From IMG/VR virus record IMGVR_UViG_3300011337_000244, positions 1 to 29,310 of that record: DNA of 29,310 nt. One strand, written 5' to 3'. This stretch comes from a virus. Its lineage: Duplodnaviria; Caudoviricetes. Below the pieces are notes generated by a model. The model was not told the DNA's origin, made no database searches, and saw only the letters and a list, made by a program, of their open reading frames with translations. The translations under genes were made by a program, and so were the position numbers. Positions 25,879 through 29,310 of this stretch are shown here, in pieces; the stretch's first letter is position 1, and each line of letters opens with the position of its first letter.

Positions 25879-26663
25879 ACAACTCAATCGCAACGACAAC
25901 GCAACCCTCCGAATCCTCGGAGATGTACAGCAAGATCCAAGACCCCATCTCAGCCATCGAGAAGATGGGCGAGTGGATCGCATCCAGCGGAATGCTGGGA
26001 TGCACCAAGGTCGAACAAGGCAAACTCATCGCGTGGCAGTGCGCCGCCGAGAAGAAGACCCCGTTCGATTTCAAGCGCGAGTACCACATCATCAATGGTT
26101 CTCTCTCCATGCGCTCCGATGCCATGCTTGCCGGTTACCGTGCCCGCGGCGGTAAGATCCTCTGGAAGCAGTTCGACTCCCGCGCCGCCATCGCCCTCTG
26201 GACCTACGACGGCAATGCATGCGAGATCTCATTCACCACCGAGGACGCTAAGATGGCCGGTCTATTACCCGCCAAGCCGGGTTCTGGGTGGGCCAAGGAT
26301 CCCGCCGCAATGCTCCGCGCTCGGTGTATCTCCAAAGCGGTTCGCATGCTCGCTCCTGAGGTTGTGGCCGGCATCTACACGCCAGAGGAGACCGAGGACT
26401 TCCAACCCTCCATCACCGAGGTCGCAGCGGTTCCCACTAAGTCATTCGACATCACCGCCAAGCTCGAAGCCCTGTTCGAGGATCGCGAGGACGAGGTGAA
26501 CGCTCTCCTGCTCAAGGCCGGTCGCATTCAGGATGGTCAGACATTCCGCGATCTCCCCGATGCCGTCGCTTCCAAGTACATCGCCAAGCCGGATCTCATC
26601 CTGTCCAAGCTGGCCGTGATCGTCACCCCCGAGATCGCCACCACGGAGGTTTCCAATGGTTGA
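25875..26663 (+). CDS. RecT/Red-beta-like single-strand annealing protein
   Basis: HIING...M...AM, FT.EDAK.AGL, W...P..MLRAR..S...R...PEV..GIYTPEE; adjacent to a RecE-like gene; ATG 25875 overlaps the HTH stop. Confidence 0.8.
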   Translation: MNNSIATTTQPSESSEMYSKIQDPISAIEKMGEWIASSGMLGCTKVEQGKLIAWQCAAEKKTPFDFKREYHIINGSLSMRSDAMLAGYRARGGKILWKQFDSRAAIALWTYDGNACEISFTTEDAKMAGLLPAKPGSGWAKDPAAMLRARCISKAVRMLAPEVVAGIYTPEETEDFQPSITEVAAVPTKSFDITAKLEALFEDREDEVNALLLKAGRIQDGQTFRDLPDAVASKYIAKPDLILSKLAVIVTPEIATTEVSNG

Positions 26664-27432
26664 TATCATGCACGACATGCCCGCCGCGGATTACCACGAG
26701 GCGAAGGCACTCTCGAAGTCTGGTCTCGACCAGTTCCGTAAGTCGCCCGCTCACTTCCGCGCTTGGCAGGATGGCAAGACCCGCAACGAATCAAGCCCCG
26801 CGCTGGAGTTCGGTACCGCCGCTCATTGCGCTGTCCTAGAGCCGGAACGCTTCATCCTGACCTACCGCCTCTTCACCGGAGATCGCCGCACCAAGCAAGG
26901 TAAGGAAGACCACCAGCTCATCATCGACAACGGATTCATTCCGCTGCCGCCAGATCAGTGGAACAACCTCACCGGACTCGCTGCTGCCGTACACGCTCAT
27001 CCCGCTGCTGCTGGCCTACTGGATGGCATCAAGACCGAGGTATCGTACTTCGCCGAGTGGGGTGGAATTGAAGTCAAAGCCCGCATCGATGGTATCGGGA
27101 AGGACTTCATCATCGACCTCAAGACCACCCAAGATGCGTCGCCCTCGGCGTTCGCTAAGTCTTGCGCTCAGTTCCGCTACTTTGTCCAAGCCGCTTGGTA
27201 CATGCGGATCACCGGCATCAATCGCTTCATCTTCATCGCAGCCGAGAAGGAAGCACCCTTCGGGGTCTGCTGCTATGAGCTTGATCAGCAGGCCATTGAT
27301 CTCGGAGTCTCGATCATCGAGGAGCAACTCCGCACGTTCGTCGAATGCCAGGAACTAAACTCTTGGCCCTGTTACCCATCCACCACACAAACACTTTCGC
27401 TGCCCGCGTGGGCCGCTCGTCAGTCCGAATAA
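26656..27432 (+). CDS. RecE/exonuclease VIII-like PD-(D/E)xK nuclease (DUF3799-like)
   Basis: YH...ALSKSGL, SPAHF, FGTAAHCAVLEP, KARIDG...IIDLKTT, Y.VQAAWY, FIFIAAEKEAP. Confidence 0.9.
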   Translation: MVDIMHDMPAADYHEAKALSKSGLDQFRKSPAHFRAWQDGKTRNESSPALEFGTAAHCAVLEPERFILTYRLFTGDRRTKQGKEDHQLIIDNGFIPLPPDQWNNLTGLAAAVHAHPAAAGLLDGIKTEVSYFAEWGGIEVKARIDGIGKDFIIDLKTTQDASPSAFAKSCAQFRYFVQAAWYMRITGINRFIFIAAEKEAPFGVCCYELDQQAIDLGVSIIEEQLRTFVECQELNSWPCYPSTTQTLSLPAWAARQSE

Positions 27433-27457
27433 ACAAACACAACAAACGCATACCAAA

Positions 27458-27877
27458 ATGACATTCAAAGTTGATCGCGCATCCGCAGAAGTTAAGCCGT
27501 TCGCCGGCCCCGGCGAATACACCGTCACCGTCAATTCCTGCAAGGACGACGGACTCGACAAGAACGGCAACGCCGTCGCAACCCTCCGCTACAAGGGGCC
27601 ATCCGGTGAGATCATCAGCGACCGGTTCGTTCTTAAAGACACCATGATGTGGCGGCTCCAGGCACTCATCAGTGCTACCGAAGCCAACATCGCAGATGGA
27701 GACGAGTTCGATTTTAGCGTCAGCGGGGCTTTCCTCCGGTTCCTTCAGGGATTCGTAGGTTTGTCCCTCGTGATCGTGATCGAGGAGGAACGGTACACCG
27801 ACAAGTTCGGGGCGGAACAGACGGCCTTCCGAGTTCGTCGCATGAAGAAGGTGCCGGTGGATCTCGACGCCATCTGA
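27458..27877 (+). CDS. Putative single-stranded DNA-binding protein (DUF669-like)
   Basis: PGEY.V.V, I.DRF.L.....W.L pattern; follows the annealase/exonuclease pair. Confidence 0.65.
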   Translation: MTFKVDRASAEVKPFAGPGEYTVTVNSCKDDGLDKNGNAVATLRYKGPSGEIISDRFVLKDTMMWRLQALISATEANIADGDEFDFSVSGAFLRFLQGFVGLSLVIVIEEERYTDKFGAEQTAFRVRRMKKVPVDLDAI

Positions 27878-27881
27878 TATC

Positions 27882-27918
27882 AAAACGAAAGCCCCCGGGA
27901 GGTGCAGCTCCCGGGGGT
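27882..27918. terminator. Strong GC hairpin, terminator-like on the minus strand
   Basis: cccccgggag-gtgcag-ctcccggggg (27892-27917) preceded by aaaacgaaa, which is a U-rich tail on the minus strand. Confidence 0.55.
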
Positions 27919-27955
27919 AAACGAGTCCCAAACAAACATAGTCGCAACGAACGCT

Positions 27956-29077
27956 ATGCAGACCAAAGATCATCCTATAATTGAAACGGCGCAAGCATTT
28001 CTGCTGCGTCCCTACCAGCAACGAGCAGTCGAGTGGGCCACATCTGGTGCTGATGGACTCATCATCGCGCCAGCCGGTAGCGGCAAGACCCTCATCGCTT
28101 CCTCCATCATCAAGCACTTTGCTCGATGGCCCGAGTGGACCTTTGGATGGCTGGCTCCTACCCGGGAGACCTGTCAGCAGGCGATCGCTTCGCTTGTCGC
28201 AGTAGGAGTCGATACTTCACGGGTCGAGGTTCGTTGCCCCCATGAATCCGTAGATTTCTCCCGTAAGAACCTCATCATCGTCGATGAGGCCAAGCATGCG
28301 CCGGCGACCACTTGGAACAAGATCATCCAATCGTGCAAAGGACTCCGCTTCGGATTTGACGCCACCCCCTGGTCCGATGATCCCGAGCGCAACGAGATCC
28401 TTCGTAAGATATTCCGCGATACCCAGTTCGAGATCCGCCGTGATGAACTGGCCGGTGTACTGGCTCATGCCACCGTGTACATGAGTACTGCTACTGACCT
28501 GCATCTCCAGCAGAAGATCGATGACCAAATCGAGAGGTTGTTTGCCGATCGCAAGAGGTACATGCAGGTCAGCCAGCCTATCCTTCGGGCCATGTGCGCT
28601 TGGGAAGCACTCACCGAGATCGGTATATGCGGGAACAAGACACGCAACGCTACTGCCATCATGTTGGCCAACTGCCACTCTACAACTGGACCCACCCTGG
28701 TGCTGGTTCCCCGGGTAAGTCTTGGCGAGTTCTACGTCAGCAAGATCGAAGGATCGATACTGGTTCACTCCAAGATGCCCAAGAAGGCTCGACGGGAAGC
28801 GATGAAGGAGTTCCTCAATGGTAACATCCCAACTATGATCGCCACATCGCTGGCCGATGAGGGGCTTGACCTTCCTAACGTCGAGACACTGATTATGGTA
28901 TCTGGAGGGCGGAGCGCACAGAAAACCATCCAGCGGGCCAGCCGTGCGCTGCGGCGGGCACCAGGTAAGGACACTGCACTTATCCACGACTTCAAGGATA
29001 CCTTCCATCCTCTGGCTCTGGCTCACTCCAAGAAACGGGTCAAATGCTACAAGGAACTCGGATGCTCGATCCCATGA
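27956..29077 (+). CDS. Superfamily 2 (DExH-type) helicase
   Basis: LRPYQ, APAGSGKT, IIVDEAKHA, GFDATP, ATSLADEGLDLP, QRASRALR. Start placed at ATG 27956, downstream of the hairpin. Confidence 0.92.
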   Translation: MQTKDHPIIETAQAFLLRPYQQRAVEWATSGADGLIIAPAGSGKTLIASSIIKHFARWPEWTFGWLAPTRETCQQAIASLVAVGVDTSRVEVRCPHESVDFSRKNLIIVDEAKHAPATTWNKIIQSCKGLRFGFDATPWSDDPERNEILRKIFRDTQFEIRRDELAGVLAHATVYMSTATDLHLQQKIDDQIERLFADRKRYMQVSQPILRAMCAWEALTEIGICGNKTRNATAIMLANCHSTTGPTLVLVPRVSLGEFYVSKIEGSILVHSKMPKKARREAMKEFLNGNIPTMIATSLADEGLDLPNVETLIMVSGGRSAQKTIQRASRALRRAPGKDTALIHDFKDTFHPLALAHSKKRVKCYKELGCSIP

Positions 29078-29211
29078 GCACTGCACTGACTATCATGGGG
29101 ATGGCGATACTGCTGCCATTCTGCGTGATCGCCGGTATCTATGTCGGCCACTCTCTCACTATTCGGTCACAACAAACTAATGAAAACAAACCAAACAATA
29201 GTCGCCTGTGA
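29074..29211 (+). CDS. Small membrane protein (45 aa)
   Basis: MSTALTIMGMAILLPFCVIAGIYVGHSLTIRSQQTNENKPNNSRL*; ATGA overlap with the helicase stop. Confidence 0.5.
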   Translation: MSTALTIMGMAILLPFCVIAGIYVGHSLTIRSQQTNENKPNNSRL

Positions 29212-29310
29212 TCCAGGCGTTAACGGTGGATTTGCAGTCCACACCAAGGACGGGATACTCCTGTTCGCAATGCCCGAGTCGCTGCCCGATATGGCGCAAC
29301 TCCTCAGCGG
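29180..29310 (+). CDS. RuvC-like Holliday junction resolvase, truncated by window edge
   Basis: MKTNQTIVACDPGVNGGFAV...AMP: the N-terminal hhhDPG..GG.A motif of phage RuvC-like proteins. Confidence 0.75.
   Translation, partial: MKTNQTIVACDPGVNGGFAVHTKDGILLFAMPESLPDMAQLLS

Noticed and set aside
27314-29086. Long antisense ORFs (267 and 289 aa)
   Set aside because: Shadows of C-ending codon bias in the sense genes; no recognisable motifs.
1-29310. tRNA genes, introns/inteins, alternative genetic code
   Set aside because: No cloverleaf seen in the short gaps; terL, capsid and helicase are uninterrupted; TAA, TAG and TGA all end genes at sensible positions.

Overview
Partial genome of a tailed dsDNA phage with podovirus-like architecture. 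Four short leftward genes (1-1483), linked by structured intergenic spacers, diverge from a long rightward block: terS, terL, portal, scaffold, N4-gp56-like major capsid, small virion proteins, two tail fibres, a holin/spanin-like cassette without an endolysin, head-tail adaptor, nozzle, a GNAT-like protein and four putative ejection proteins (the last a 1710-aa modular protein with an HExxH motif). A recombination/replication module follows (HTH protein, RecT-like, RecE-like, SSB-like, SF2 helicase, truncated RuvC-like). No tRNA, CRISPR array, integrase or polymerase was seen. Most notable: a GNAT gene coupled to an ejection protein with a possible N-terminal leader and a CFI-box-CTERM-like tail; an inserted unknown domain in the large ejection protein; paired overlapping hairpins before two leftward genes; a five-codon MAEYQ minigene; a repeat/G-tract element between terS and terL; and a G-to-C skew reversal across same-strand genes. 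All calls come from motif recognition and synteny by eye; no database search was run.
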